A DNA stretch of 64,000 nucleotides from Actinomycetota bacterium (GTDB lineage Bacteria > Actinomycetota > Acidimicrobiia > Acidimicrobiales > SZUA-35), in the NCBI GenBank assembly GCA_039201605.1, contig JBCCRO010000004.1, positions 178,621 through 242,620 of the forward strand, written 5' to 3'. The notes under the pieces were generated by a model that searched no databases, was not told the DNA's origin, and saw only the letters and a list, made by a program, of their open reading frames with translations. Of this stretch, positions 49,542 through 58,974 are shown in pieces. Within the stretch, counting starts at the first letter, position 1. The number at the start of each line of letters is the position of its first letter. The position numbers were made by a program, and so were the translations under genes.

Positions 49542-50189
49542 TCAGCCGCTGGAGCGGAGCGCGCTCCAGGTGGTGAAGGCGCCCAGGCCGAGATAGGTCG
49601 TGCCGGCGACCGTGTCCTGGCGGCGGCGGGAGGCGACCGAGCCGGTCAGGCGAGCACCCGCCCAGCCGCCGAGCAGGGCGAACAGGCCGTCGGACAGCAC
49701 ACCGAGGATGATGAACAGGGCGCCGAGTTGGGCCAGGTGCCAGGTCGGGTTGGCGGCGTTGGGATCGATGAACTGCGGCACGAAGGACAGGAAGAAGATC
49801 GCCGTCTTCGGGTTGAGGACGTTCACCACCACGGCATCGAGGAAGACCCGGCCCAGGGGTCGGTGCTCCACCTCGGCGGTGTCGATCTCGGTGCCGTGAC
49901 GACGTGACGCCAGCAGCGCGGATACGCCGAGCCACACCAGGTAGGCGGCACCGGCCAGCTTCACCGCGGTGAACGCCGTGGCCGAGGCGGCGAGAAGGGC
50001 CGAGAGGCCGACCATGGCGGCGGCGATGTGGACCAGGGTGCCCACGTGGATGCCGGCCACCGACACCAGACCCGCCAGTCGCCCCTGGGTGGCGCTTCTG
50101 GTCACGATGTACAGCACCGCCGGTCCGGGCAGCACCAGGAGGGCCAGCGTGGCCGCGCCGAAGGCGAGGAGGATGCTGGGGGAGATCAT
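49542..50189 (-). CDS. LysE/RhtB-family amino-acid exporter
   Basis: 215 aa with the N-terminal motif LLVLPGPAVLYIVTRS and 6 helices. Confidence 0.9.
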   Translation of the reverse strand: MISPSILLAFGAATLALLVLPGPAVLYIVTRSATQGRLAGLVSVAGIHVGTLVHIAAAMVGLSALLAASATAFTAVKLAGAAYLVWLGVSALLASRRHGTEIDTAEVEHRPLGRVFLDAVVVNVLNPKTAIFFLSFVPQFIDPNAANPTWHLAQLGALFIILGVLSDGLFALLGGWAGARLTGSVASRRRQDTVAGTTYLGLGAFTTWSALRSSG

Positions 50190-50312
50190 CGGGCGACGCT
50201 ACCAGGGGCGATGCCGCCCCCTCGCCCCTATGGCATCCGACACATCGCGCTCTCCAGATCTTCTCCAGATCAGCTCCAAGTTCGGAGGCGGTACGTCCTT
50301 CACGCTGATGCC

Positions 50313-51047
50313 ATGACCACGACCACGACACCACGCAACCTCCCGACCGCCGGGGTGAGCGTCGATCCATCCTCGCCATGGCTCGCCGGGCTGAAGGACA
50401 TCACCCCCTTCGCCGCCTCGCTGGGGCCCTTCGCCCTCGCCATCGGCTCGGCGGGCGCGGCGGCCGGCCTCACCCTCGCCGAGCTGATGGCCGGTGCGGC
50501 CTTCGTGCTGGCCGGCGCCGCCCAGCTCACCAGCATCGAGCTCAACGCCGCCGGGGCCGCTCCCGTCGCCGTCCTGGCCACGGTGGCCCTGATGAACGCC
50601 CGCTTCGCCCTGTACGGGGCCGGGCTCGGCACCTGGTTCACCGCCCTGCCGATGCGGAAGCGGCTGGCGCTGGCCTTCGCCATCGTCGACGTGAACTACC
50701 TGGTCTGCGATCAGCGCTTCGCCACCATGGCCGACACCGGCGAGCGGGTCCGCTACTACGCCGCAGCCACGCTGTCGCTGATCGCGGTGTTCATCACCGG
50801 CCAGGTGATCGGCTACCACGTCGGGGCGGCCGTGCCCGACGGCATCGGCCTGCACCTGGCGGCACCGCTCGCCTTCGCCGGGATGCTGGTCAAGGCCCTG
50901 GCCGGCAGACCCGAGATGGTGGCGGCGACGGTGGCCGCCGGTGCCCTGCTCGTCCTCACCGGTCCCCTCGGTGGAGCGGCTCTGCTGGTCTCGGCGCTGG
51001 TGGCCATGCTTGCCGGTGCCGCCGCTCTCAACGCTCAGGAGGCGTGA
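50313..51047 (+). CDS. azlC: AzlC-family branched-chain amino-acid permease subunit
   Basis: 244 aa from ATG 50313. It is polytopic, and MNARFALYG matches an AzlC motif. It is followed by an overlapping azlD. Confidence 0.8.
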   Translation: MTTTTTPRNLPTAGVSVDPSSPWLAGLKDITPFAASLGPFALAIGSAGAAAGLTLAELMAGAAFVLAGAAQLTSIELNAAGAAPVAVLATVALMNARFALYGAGLGTWFTALPMRKRLALAFAIVDVNYLVCDQRFATMADTGERVRYYAAATLSLIAVFITGQVIGYHVGAAVPDGIGLHLAAPLAFAGMLVKALAGRPEMVAATVAAGALLVLTGPLGGAALLVSALVAMLAGAAALNAQEA

Positions 51048-51364
51048 TGAACCCGATCCTGCTCTTCGCCCTCGCCGGCGTCATCACCTTCGCCATCCGG
51101 GCCTCGCTGGTCGTCGCCGGTGATCGCCCCGCCCTCCAGGGGGTGGTGGCGAGCCACGCCCCCCTGGTCGCACCGGCGGTGCTGTCGGCCATCGTCGCCT
51201 CCGCCCTTCTCGTCTCCGACGAGGGCATCGGACCCGCCGACCCGGCCGCCGTCGTCGCCGTGATCGCCGGCGCGGTCGCCGTCCACCGCCAGGGCAACGC
51301 CTTCACCGCCCTGCTCGTCGGCCTGCCCGTCTACTGGGCCTGCACCGCCCTCGGCCTCGGCTGA
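51047..51364 (+). CDS. azlD: AzlD-domain protein
   Basis: 105 aa (MNPILLFALAGVITFAIRASLVVAG). The ATG overlaps the azlC TGA by 1 nt; GTG 51044 is an alternative start. Confidence 0.8.
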   Translation: MNPILLFALAGVITFAIRASLVVAGDRPALQGVVASHAPLVAPAVLSAIVASALLVSDEGIGPADPAAVVAVIAGAVAVHRQGNAFTALLVGLPVYWACTALGLG

Positions 51365-51444
51365 GCGGCGGTCCCCCCGGACCGACGCACGAGCCGGGTC
51401 GCCCCTCGCCCACGGGGCGGCCCGGCCCGGCCCGCAGAGCACAC

Positions 51445-52650
51445 CTAGGGCATCGAGATGTCGACGGCGGTCGCCTCGCCCGACCGGGCGAAGCCGGTGA
51501 CGGCGACCGACCGGAGGAAGCCCGCCACCGCGGGGTCGCCCGTCTGCTCCAGATAGGCGACGTAGTGCTCCTGGGCGTGGCCGGCCCCGCCCCGGCCGCC
51601 GGGGAACGACCGCACGAGGGCGTCGTGTCCGGGCCCGGGCCCGTCGATCAGCAGACCGTCGGCCAGCCGCTCAACCCCGACCACCAGATCGTGGCGGTTG
51701 TTGAGGGCCAGCACCTCGGTGTCCGGGGCGACGAGTGGCAGCCACGGCTCGACGTGGTAGCCGGCCGCCACCACGTGGGTCACCTCGTACTCGTCGCCGT
51801 TGAAGACCGGGTCGGCCGCCAGCTGGACGGCCGCCGCCGCACCGTAGCTGTGGCCGACCACCAGCAGTCGGGAACCGGGCGGCACACCGGCGTGACGCAC
51901 CCCGTCGGCCACCTGCCGGGCGTAGGCGTCGTCGCCGGTCGATGGATCCAGTGCGGTCTCGAGCGCGTTGACGTCGAGATCGCGGGGCGAGCGGTGGGAG
52001 GCCAACCCGAGCTCCGGGTCGGACAGGTCGATCACGCCTCCCAGCACCAGGGTGAACGTCCGGTCGCCGTGATCGATCAGCTGGAACTCGTCGGCCAGAA
52101 GCCGGGGTGGGCCGCCCGGATCCGTCGGGGCACCGGCGGTGTCGGCCACGAACCGGGCCACGGCGGACCGACCGGCGGCGGCGGGCGGGCCGGGATCCCC
52201 GCCCGGGAACTCGCCGACCGAACGCAGGGAGAACGTGCCACCGGTGTCGGCGCTCGTCGCGCCCGACCCATCGGTGGTTAGGGCCCGCCACAGGTTCCAG
52301 GGGGCCGTCGCCACCGAGTGCGCCGTGTCCGCCGCTCCCAACCCCATCCTGACCTGGAACGGCACCACCGTCCCCACCCCGTCGTTCCAGCCACGGCGCA
52401 CGCCGTCCCACACCCCGCCGCCCCCGTCGGCCGCCTGGGCGGCGCCCCGAACCGACCGGAGGTGTTCCGCCGTGCCGTCGACGGCGACGGCCAGCGCCCG
52501 CAGCCGTGGGTGGACCGGAGGCCACAGCACCGGTGACCGGACCGCCAGCGGACCCAGTGCGGCGCCCACGGCGCGCAGGACGGCGGCGGTGGCGGCCACG
52601 GCATCGACGACGTCGGCCGCCCCATCGACGTCGAGCCTCACGTCGGTCAT
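51445..52650 (-). CDS. alpha/beta hydrolase with helical N-terminal extension (DUF1023/Abhydrolase_8-like)
   Basis: 401 aa from ATG 52650. The Ala/Val-rich helical ~90-aa N-terminus has no signal peptide. The C-terminal hydrolase core carries the GxSxG elbow LLVVGHSYGAAAAVQLA, with candidate Asp (NNRHDLV) and His (GAGHAQEHY). The 510-aa track ORF is an Arg-rich upstream extension. Confidence 0.7.
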   Translation of the reverse strand: MTDVRLDVDGAADVVDAVAATAAVLRAVGAALGPLAVRSPVLWPPVHPRLRALAVAVDGTAEHLRSVRGAAQAADGGGGVWDGVRRGWNDGVGTVVPFQVRMGLGAADTAHSVATAPWNLWRALTTDGSGATSADTGGTFSLRSVGEFPGGDPGPPAAAGRSAVARFVADTAGAPTDPGGPPRLLADEFQLIDHGDRTFTLVLGGVIDLSDPELGLASHRSPRDLDVNALETALDPSTGDDAYARQVADGVRHAGVPPGSRLLVVGHSYGAAAAVQLAADPVFNGDEYEVTHVVAAGYHVEPWLPLVAPDTEVLALNNRHDLVVGVERLADGLLIDGPGPGHDALVRSFPGGRGGAGHAQEHYVAYLEQTGDPAVAGFLRSVAVTGFARSGEATAVDISMP

Positions 52651-52880
52651 CCGTCGGCCTCTTCCCGCCGGTCGAGGTCGGCGGCCACGCCCCGCATGGC
52701 CTGGGCCACGTCGTCCGCCTCCTGCCGCTGGCGGCGGACCTCCTCTCGTGCCGCCGTGGCCTCGGGGCCGTGCCACGCCAGGCGAAGCAGATGGTCGGCG
52801 GCGGTGGCGACCTCGGCCGCCACGCGATCGGCGAGACGGCGGACGGCGTAGCCGTCGATCGGGTCTCCAAGGTCGGACAT
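52647..52880 (-). CDS. small helical WXG-like protein
   Basis: 77 aa with AGGAG 8-9 nt upstream of the ATG and G/C3-biased codons. The composition is all-helical with a central W36-H-G38 (LRLAWHGPEATAAREEV). Its TGA overlaps the downstream ATG (ATGA). Confidence 0.55.
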   Translation of the reverse strand: MSDLGDPIDGYAVRRLADRVAAEVATAADHLLRLAWHGPEATAAREEVRRQRQEADDVAQAMRGVAADLDRREEADG

Positions 52881-52934
52881 CGGGCACGCTCCTGCTTCCG
52901 CTGACGGCGGGGATGTGATCCCGATGTCGGTTGT

Positions 52935-52953
52935 CTACCTGCTTTTGCAGTAG
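52935..52953 (-). terminator. hairpin CTAC(C)TGC-TTTT-GCAGTAG downstream of the SDR gene
   Basis: 7-bp stem with one bulge and a 4-nt loop, in a locally AT-richer 100-bp gap after the stop at 52981 (minus strand). Confidence 0.35.
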
Positions 52954-52980
52954 ATCAGCGTCGTCGAACGAATCCAACCC

Positions 52981-53820
52981 TCACCGGAGGCGAATGACGT
53001 TGCCGGTGACGGTCCGCCCCGCCTCGGCGCAGAGCCAGGCGATCACGTCGGCCACCTCCGACGGTTCGGCGATGTGGTGATGGTGATGGTCCCGGGCCAC
53101 GAAGTCCCGCACCTCGTCGGTGATCCAACCGGTGTCGGTGACCGGGGGATAGATCACGTTGGCTGTCACGCCGTCGGCCACCATCTCGGCCGCCGCGGAC
53201 AGGGTGTAGCTGACCAGCGCCGCCTTCGCCGCGCCGTAGCTGACCTCGCCCGGGAACGCGCCGCCGTCGCCCGAGGTGAGGGTGACGAGTCGACCCCACC
53301 CGGCCCCCCGGGCCCGGTGGCGGCGGATGAACGAGGCGAGCAGGAGCGCCCCGGCCCGGGCGTCGACGGCGTACTGGGCGTCGATAGAGGCGACGGTGAC
53401 CTCGGGGGCTCGGCGGCCGACGACGTCGACGGAGCCGGGGGCGAAGGTGTCCTGCGTCCAGCCACTGGCGTTGTGGACCAGGATCGACACCGCACCGAGC
53501 CGGGCCTCGGTCTCGTCCAGGAGTCGATCGGGGGCGACGACGTCGCGTAGGTCGGCGTCGATGGCGACCGCCCGCCGGCCCTCGGCCTCGACGGCGGCCA
53601 CGGTGGCCGAACCGTCGGCCGCCCGGGCCCGGTGGTAGGCGTCGTCGGTGCCGGTCTCGGCACCCGGCGCCAGGTCGGGAGCTCGGTGGTAGCCGACGGC
53701 GACGTCGGCCCCCTTGGCCGCCAGGGCCACCGCGGTTGCGGCCCCGATGCCGTGATTGGCCCCCGTCACCAGCGCCACCCGGCCCTGCAGCGGCGGCCCG
53801 GCGGCGGCGCCGGCGCTCAC
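52981..53820 (-). CDS. SDR-family oxidoreductase
   Basis: 279 aa with a GTG start that overlaps the upstream stop (GTGA). Motifs: RVALVTGANHGIGAATAVALA and YGAAKAAL. Confidence 0.9.
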   Translation of the reverse strand: MSAGAAAGPPLQGRVALVTGANHGIGAATAVALAAKGADVAVGYHRAPDLAPGAETGTDDAYHRARAADGSATVAAVEAEGRRAVAIDADLRDVVAPDRLLDETEARLGAVSILVHNASGWTQDTFAPGSVDVVGRRAPEVTVASIDAQYAVDARAGALLLASFIRRHRARGAGWGRLVTLTSGDGGAFPGEVSYGAAKAALVSYTLSAAAEMVADGVTANVIYPPVTDTGWITDEVRDFVARDHHHHHIAEPSEVADVIAWLCAEAGRTVTGNVIRLR

Positions 53821-55715
53821 GGTTCGATCAGGCGGGCGGCCCCGAACCCGGTCAGCGAGGCGAAGAAGTCGGCGACGAGGGCGGCGTCGCCCTCGATGGT
53901 GGCCCCCTCGGCACCGAGCACGGCCTGGTCGTCGATGGCCGCCATCAGCTCAGAACGCGACAGGCGCATGGTGGCCACGGCGCCGTCGTCGAGCCGGTGG
54001 GGGGTGTGGTGGATGGCGGAGGTCCCCACCCCGAGGGTGTGCTCCTCGCCGAGGTCGGTGGCCACCCAGTTGATGGTGAGCGGCCCGGCGGTGAAGGCGG
54101 CGGGGTCGAAGCGCACCCCGATCACATCGAGGAGCTGCTCGGCCTCCATGGCGTCGGCCATGGCCCGGGTCGGCAGGCGCCCCCAGTCGGGCGAGCCCTC
54201 CCGCAGCTCCTTGGCCCCCATCAGGTAGGCGTTGCGCCAGGTGGCCGACTCCGACTGGTAGCCGAGCTGCTCCAGGGCGTCGGCCTGGAGGCGTCGGGCG
54301 GCGGTGTTGTCGGGCTGGGCGAACACCACGTGGTTGACCACCTCAGCCACCCATCGGTAGTCACCGTCGTCGTAGGCGGCCCGAGCCCTGGTCAGCACGG
54401 CCTCGGCGCCGCCCATGAAGTCGAGGTAGCGCTCGGCCGCCTCGGTGGGCGGCAGCGGGTCCAGATGGGCCGGGTTGCCGTCGTACCAGCCGAGATACCG
54501 GGTGTAGACCGACTTGGCGTTGTGGGAGACGGTCCCGTAGTAGCCCTTGACGTGCGACTGGTCGAACTCGGCCGGCATCGTCAGCTCGGCCGAGATCTCG
54601 GTCGGGACCATGCCCTGGTTGGCCAGTCGCATCGTCTGGTCGTGGAGCCAGCGGTAGACGTCGCGCTGGAGGGTGAGGAAGGCCCGGGCGTCGTCGTTGC
54701 CGAAACGGGGCCAGTGGTGACTGGCGAACAGGGTGTCGGTGTCGTCACCCCACAACAGGAGGGCCTCGTGGATGTACTTGCTCCAGGCCAGCGCATCGCG
54801 GGTCTGCGCGCCCCGGATCGGGTAGAGGTTGTGCAGGGTGTGGGTGCAGTTCTCGGCCATGCACGTGAGACGACGACCGGGGAAGTGGAAGTTCATCTCG
54901 GCCGGCGCCTCGGCGTCGGGCGTGTTCTGGAACACCACCGGGATGCCGCTGAGCACCATCTCCTGACCGGTCTCGGTGATCTCGTCGGTGGGGGCGATGA
55001 GGTCGGACCGGGCCAGGCCCATGGCCGACCCGAGGCCGCAGTCGACGTGCCCTCGCGGCCCCGGCGGCAACAGCGGGCCGAACTGGTAGGCGGCTCGCCG
55101 GCCCATGATCGGCCCGGCGATCACGAACTCGCTCACCACCTCCTGCAGAAAGCCCACCGGGGCGACGATGCGGACGTCACCCCGGTCGACCGCTTCCTGC
55201 GAGGTGATGCCGAGCACCCCGCCGAAGTGGTCGACGTGGGAGTGGGTGTAGATGATCGAGGTGACCGGCCGCTCCCCCAGCGCTGCGTTCGCCAACTCCA
55301 GGGCCGCAGCCGCCGCCGGGGCGTTGGTCAGCGGGTCGATGATCAGCCAGCCGTCGGTGCCGGCCAGGAAGGTGATGTTGGCCAGGTCGTAGCCCCGTAC
55401 CTGCCACACCCCGTCGGCCACCTCGAACAGGCCGTGGTTCACGTTGAGTCGGGCCTGGCGCCACAGGCCGGGATGGACCGACGACGGGGCGTCGGCGGTC
55501 TCGGTGACGAAGGCGTGGTTGGCCACGTCGAACACGACGTGCTCGGGGCCCATCATCACCCGACCGTCGGCGATCTGGGCCACCAGGCCCCGGGTGGCCC
55601 GGTCGGTGTCGCCCGGGTCGTCGAAGGCGACCATGGCGGCGGCCGCTGCGGCGTTGGCCGCGACCGTGGCCGCCGTCGGATCTCCGGGCCCGGGGGGTGT
55701 CGCTGAGTCCTGCAT
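53817..55715 (-). CDS. alkyl/aryl-sulfatase (MBL-fold, SdsA1/BDS1 type)
   Basis: 632 aa from ATG 55715. It has the MBL motif YTHSHVDHFGG, an alkyl-sulfatase dimerisation region (YLGWYDGNPAHL) and an SCP2-like C-terminus. The 997-aa track ORF is an extension antisense to the next gene. Confidence 0.9.
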   Translation of the reverse strand: MQDSATPPGPGDPTAATVAANAAAAAAMVAFDDPGDTDRATRGLVAQIADGRVMMGPEHVVFDVANHAFVTETADAPSSVHPGLWRQARLNVNHGLFEVADGVWQVRGYDLANITFLAGTDGWLIIDPLTNAPAAAAALELANAALGERPVTSIIYTHSHVDHFGGVLGITSQEAVDRGDVRIVAPVGFLQEVVSEFVIAGPIMGRRAAYQFGPLLPPGPRGHVDCGLGSAMGLARSDLIAPTDEITETGQEMVLSGIPVVFQNTPDAEAPAEMNFHFPGRRLTCMAENCTHTLHNLYPIRGAQTRDALAWSKYIHEALLLWGDDTDTLFASHHWPRFGNDDARAFLTLQRDVYRWLHDQTMRLANQGMVPTEISAELTMPAEFDQSHVKGYYGTVSHNAKSVYTRYLGWYDGNPAHLDPLPPTEAAERYLDFMGGAEAVLTRARAAYDDGDYRWVAEVVNHVVFAQPDNTAARRLQADALEQLGYQSESATWRNAYLMGAKELREGSPDWGRLPTRAMADAMEAEQLLDVIGVRFDPAAFTAGPLTINWVATDLGEEHTLGVGTSAIHHTPHRLDDGAVATMRLSRSELMAAIDDQAVLGAEGATIEGDAALVADFFASLTGFGAARLIEP

Positions 55716-55793
55716 GGCCCACCGGTCTAGCAGAGGGGTCGGCCGACCCTGGAGACGATCCGGGTCGGAGCGGTGTCGTAGGCTTGGCCGAAC

Positions 55794-56894
55794 ATGGACT
55801 CCTCCGAACTCCAGCCCGAGAGCCGTCTCGTCGTCGGCGGCCGCCCCTCCGCCGTCGGCTCGCCGCTCAACACCCCGATCGAGGTCGCCTCGACCTTCAT
55901 CTCCGACGGTGACTCGCCCTATGCCCGGGGCGAGGGCACGGCCACCGTCCGCTCCTACGAGGCCGTCGTCGGCGCCCTCGAAGACGCCGAGGCCGTCGCC
56001 TACGCCTCGGGGATGGCGGCGGTCGCCGCCGTGTTCAGCCTCGTACCGCCCGCCGGGTCGGTGGTGATCCCCGACGACTGCTACCAGGGGGTGGCCGCCA
56101 TCGCCGCCGAGGGGGCCGAGGCCGGTCGGTGGTCGGTGCGCCGGTTGGCCACCGATGACACCGGCTCCTGGGTGTCTGCTGCGGCCGGCGCCGACCTGAT
56201 CTGGTTCGAGACGCCGTCCAATCCCCTGCTGGTGGTCGGCGATCTCCACGCGCTGGCGGCGGCCGAGCGCCGGCCCGGCTCGGTGCTGGCCGTCGACAAC
56301 ACCTTCGCCACCCCGCTCAACCAGCGTCCCCTCGATCTCGGGGCCGACATCGCCATGCAGTCCTCGACCAAGCTCCTCGGCGGCCACTCCGACCTGCTGG
56401 GTGGGGTGACCACCACCCGCTCGGATGACCTGGCGGCCCGCCTCCGCCACCACGCCATGCTGCACGGGGCGACCCCGGGCGCGCTGGAGGCCTACCTGGC
56501 CACCCGGGGCATGCGGACCCTGGCCCTCCGCCTGGCCCAGGGTCAACGGTCGGCGGCGGTGCTGGCCGAGCGGTTGCAGGCCCATCCGGCGGTGACGATC
56601 GTCCGCTATCCCGGCCTGGTCGACCATCCCGGCCACGAGCGGGCGGCGGCCCAGCTCGACGGGTTCGGCACGATGCTGAGCTTCGATCTCGTCGACGGGG
56701 AGACGGCGGCCAAGACCTGCCAGGGCATCCGCCTGATCCGCCACGCCACCTCGCTCGGCAGTGTGGAATCGACGATGGAGCGACGGGCCCAGATCCCGGG
56801 CCAGGAGCATCTACCGCCGGGCCTGATCCGCCTCAGCGTCGGCATCGAACACGTCGAGGACCTGTGGGCCGACCTGTCCCAGGCGTTGACCTGA
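55794..56894 (+). CDS. Cys/Met-metabolism PLP-dependent enzyme (cystathionine gamma-synthase/beta-lyase family)
   Basis: 366 aa with the PLP-lysine motif QSSTKLLGGHSD and DNTFATPLNQRPL. Confidence 0.9.
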   Translation: MDSSELQPESRLVVGGRPSAVGSPLNTPIEVASTFISDGDSPYARGEGTATVRSYEAVVGALEDAEAVAYASGMAAVAAVFSLVPPAGSVVIPDDCYQGVAAIAAEGAEAGRWSVRRLATDDTGSWVSAAAGADLIWFETPSNPLLVVGDLHALAAAERRPGSVLAVDNTFATPLNQRPLDLGADIAMQSSTKLLGGHSDLLGGVTTTRSDDLAARLRHHAMLHGATPGALEAYLATRGMRTLALRLAQGQRSAAVLAERLQAHPAVTIVRYPGLVDHPGHERAAAQLDGFGTMLSFDLVDGETAAKTCQGIRLIRHATSLGSVESTMERRAQIPGQEHLPPGLIRLSVGIEHVEDLWADLSQALT

Positions 56895-56954
56895 CCGGAT
56901 CGAACCGACCGGTCGGCTGCGGGCCGGGGCCGCCCGACCGGCGCCCCCACCGGT

Positions 56955-58187
56955 TCAGACGCGCTCGATGATGGTGGCGGTGCCCATGCCGCCACCGGTG
57001 CACATCGCCACCAGTCCGGTCTGGAGATCGCGCCGCTCCAGCTCGTCGATCAGGGTCCCGATCAGCATGGCCCCGGTGGCCCCGATCGGGTGACCGAGGG
57101 CGATGGCGCCGCCGTTGACGTTGACCTTGGCCGGGTCGGCCCCGGTGTCGCCGAAGAAGCGGAGCACCACGGAGGCGAAGGCCTCGTTCACCTCGAACAG
57201 ATCGATGTCGTCCACCGTCATCCCCGCCTTGTCGAGGCACTTCAGCGCCGCCGGGCCAGGGGCGGTCAACATGATGAGCGGCTCGTCGGCGGCCACCGCC
57301 GTCATCACCACCCGAGCCCGAGGCGTGAGGCCGTTGGCCTCGGCGTAGCGACCGGAGGCCAACAGCACGGCCCCGGCGCCGTCGACCACTCCGGAGGAGT
57401 TGCCGGCGTGGTGGACGTGCTCCAGGGTCACGTCCGGGTACTTCTGGGCCATCAGCTCGGCCATGGTGTGATCGGTCTGTTCCATCGAGAAGTCGACCAT
57501 CTTGGCGAAGCTGGGCCGCAGGGCGGCCAGGCCCTCGGCCGTGGTCTCGGGCCGGGGGAACTCCTCCTCGGCCAGGGCCAGCGTGCCGTCGTCGTGGTGG
57601 ATCGGGATGAGGCTCCGGTCGAAGCGGCCCTCGGCGATGGCGGCGGCCGCTCGACGCTGACTCTCCAGGCCGAGGGCGTCGCAGTCCTCCCGGGAGGAGC
57701 CGTCGAGGGTGGCGATCAGGTCGGCCGAGAGGCCCTGGGGCACCTGGGGGTGGGCGGCCAGAAGCCGCTCGTTGTTGGCGTGGAAGCCGTCGGTGTCGTT
57801 GCGGGCCGGCCTGCTCATCGATTCGACGCCGCAACCGACGACGAGGTCCTGGTGGCCGGCGGCGATGCCCATCGCCCCGAAGGTCACGGCCTGTTGGCCG
57901 GAGCCGCAGAAGCGGTTGAGGGTCACCCCGGGCACCGAGATCGGCCAACCGGCGTCGAGGACGGCCATACGGCCGATGTCGTGGGCGTGGTCGCCGGCGT
58001 GGGCGCCGTTGCCACACACCACGTCCTCCACGTCGGCCGGGTCGAACCCGACCCGCTCCTGCAACCCGTTGAGGACCTGACCCAGGATCTTCTGCGGGTG
58101 GATGGGTGACAGCGCACCCTTGTCCCGCTTGCCGATGCCTCGGGGCGATCGGACGGCGTCGATGATCAGGGCGTCGTTGGCGGCCAT
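56955..58187 (-). CDS. acetyl-CoA C-acyltransferase (thiolase)
   Basis: 410 aa with the active-site Cys motif NRFCGSGQQA and the C-terminal CTGGGMGTATIIERV. Confidence 0.9.
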   Translation of the reverse strand: MAANDALIIDAVRSPRGIGKRDKGALSPIHPQKILGQVLNGLQERVGFDPADVEDVVCGNGAHAGDHAHDIGRMAVLDAGWPISVPGVTLNRFCGSGQQAVTFGAMGIAAGHQDLVVGCGVESMSRPARNDTDGFHANNERLLAAHPQVPQGLSADLIATLDGSSREDCDALGLESQRRAAAAIAEGRFDRSLIPIHHDDGTLALAEEEFPRPETTAEGLAALRPSFAKMVDFSMEQTDHTMAELMAQKYPDVTLEHVHHAGNSSGVVDGAGAVLLASGRYAEANGLTPRARVVMTAVAADEPLIMLTAPGPAALKCLDKAGMTVDDIDLFEVNEAFASVVLRFFGDTGADPAKVNVNGGAIALGHPIGATGAMLIGTLIDELERRDLQTGLVAMCTGGGMGTATIIERV

Positions 58188-58291
58188 GGCCGGTACCTCG
58201 TCTGGACTCGTTCGCTGATGGCGACGAGCCTAGGGCGCGACCTGTAGAGCTTCGAATCGACGCCGGGGCCCTGGCGGGCCGGACGGAGCGC

Positions 58292-58915
58292 TCAGGCCCC
58301 CTCGGCCAGCAGCCAGTCGGCCAGCTCGTCGAGGTTCGACGTGACCGGCAGGTGGGGGCAGCGCTCGATTACCACCGGCGGCGGGCAGTACAGCGAGCCG
58401 CGGTCGGCGGCCTCGAGCATCTCGACGTCGTTGTGGGAGTCCCCGGCGGCCGACACCCGGTAGCCGAGCTTCTGGAAGGCCCAGACCGCCTCCCGCTTGG
58501 CCGTGCTCCCCCGCAGGGCGATACCGGTTATCGCGTCGCCATCGAGACGGAGACGGTGGCACAGGGTGGTCGGGTGGCCCAGCTTGGCCAGCAGCGGCGC
58601 CGCCAGCTGCTCGAAGGTGTCGGACAGCATGACGACCGGGGCCTCGGCCTCGACGCGTCGGAGGAACTCGACGGCCCCGTCGAGCGGCTCCAGGGTCTCG
58701 ACCACGGCCAGCAGGTCGGGCAGGGTGATGCCGTGCTCGGCCAGGACGCCGAGGCGGTGGGCCATGAGGTCCTCGTAGACGGCGATGTCGCGCGTGGTCA
58801 CCAGCAGGTCGTCGATACCGGTGGAGCGGGCCACGGCGATCCAGATCTCGGGGGCGAGCACGCCTTCGAGATCGAGGGTGACGATGCGCTGGGTCTCGGT
58901 GGCGGTGGAGCTCAC
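58292..58915 (-). CDS. thrH: ThrH-like HAD phosphoserine phosphatase / phosphotransferase
   Basis: 207 aa from GTG 58915 (GAGGAA upstream). LDLEGVLAPEIWIAVARSTGIDDL..TTRDI, LDGAVEFL, MLSDTF and AAGDSHND track the Pseudomonas ThrH sequence as I recall it. Confidence 0.7.
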   Translation of the reverse strand: MSSTATETQRIVTLDLEGVLAPEIWIAVARSTGIDDLLVTTRDIAVYEDLMAHRLGVLAEHGITLPDLLAVVETLEPLDGAVEFLRRVEAEAPVVMLSDTFEQLAAPLLAKLGHPTTLCHRLRLDGDAITGIALRGSTAKREAVWAFQKLGYRVSAAGDSHNDVEMLEAADRGSLYCPPPVVIERCPHLPVTSNLDELADWLLAEGA

Positions 58916-58974
58916 GGTTGGTTCCTCGGGGTGGGCACGACTCGTGGGCGTGGCCGCCCGACGACCCTTCGAGG

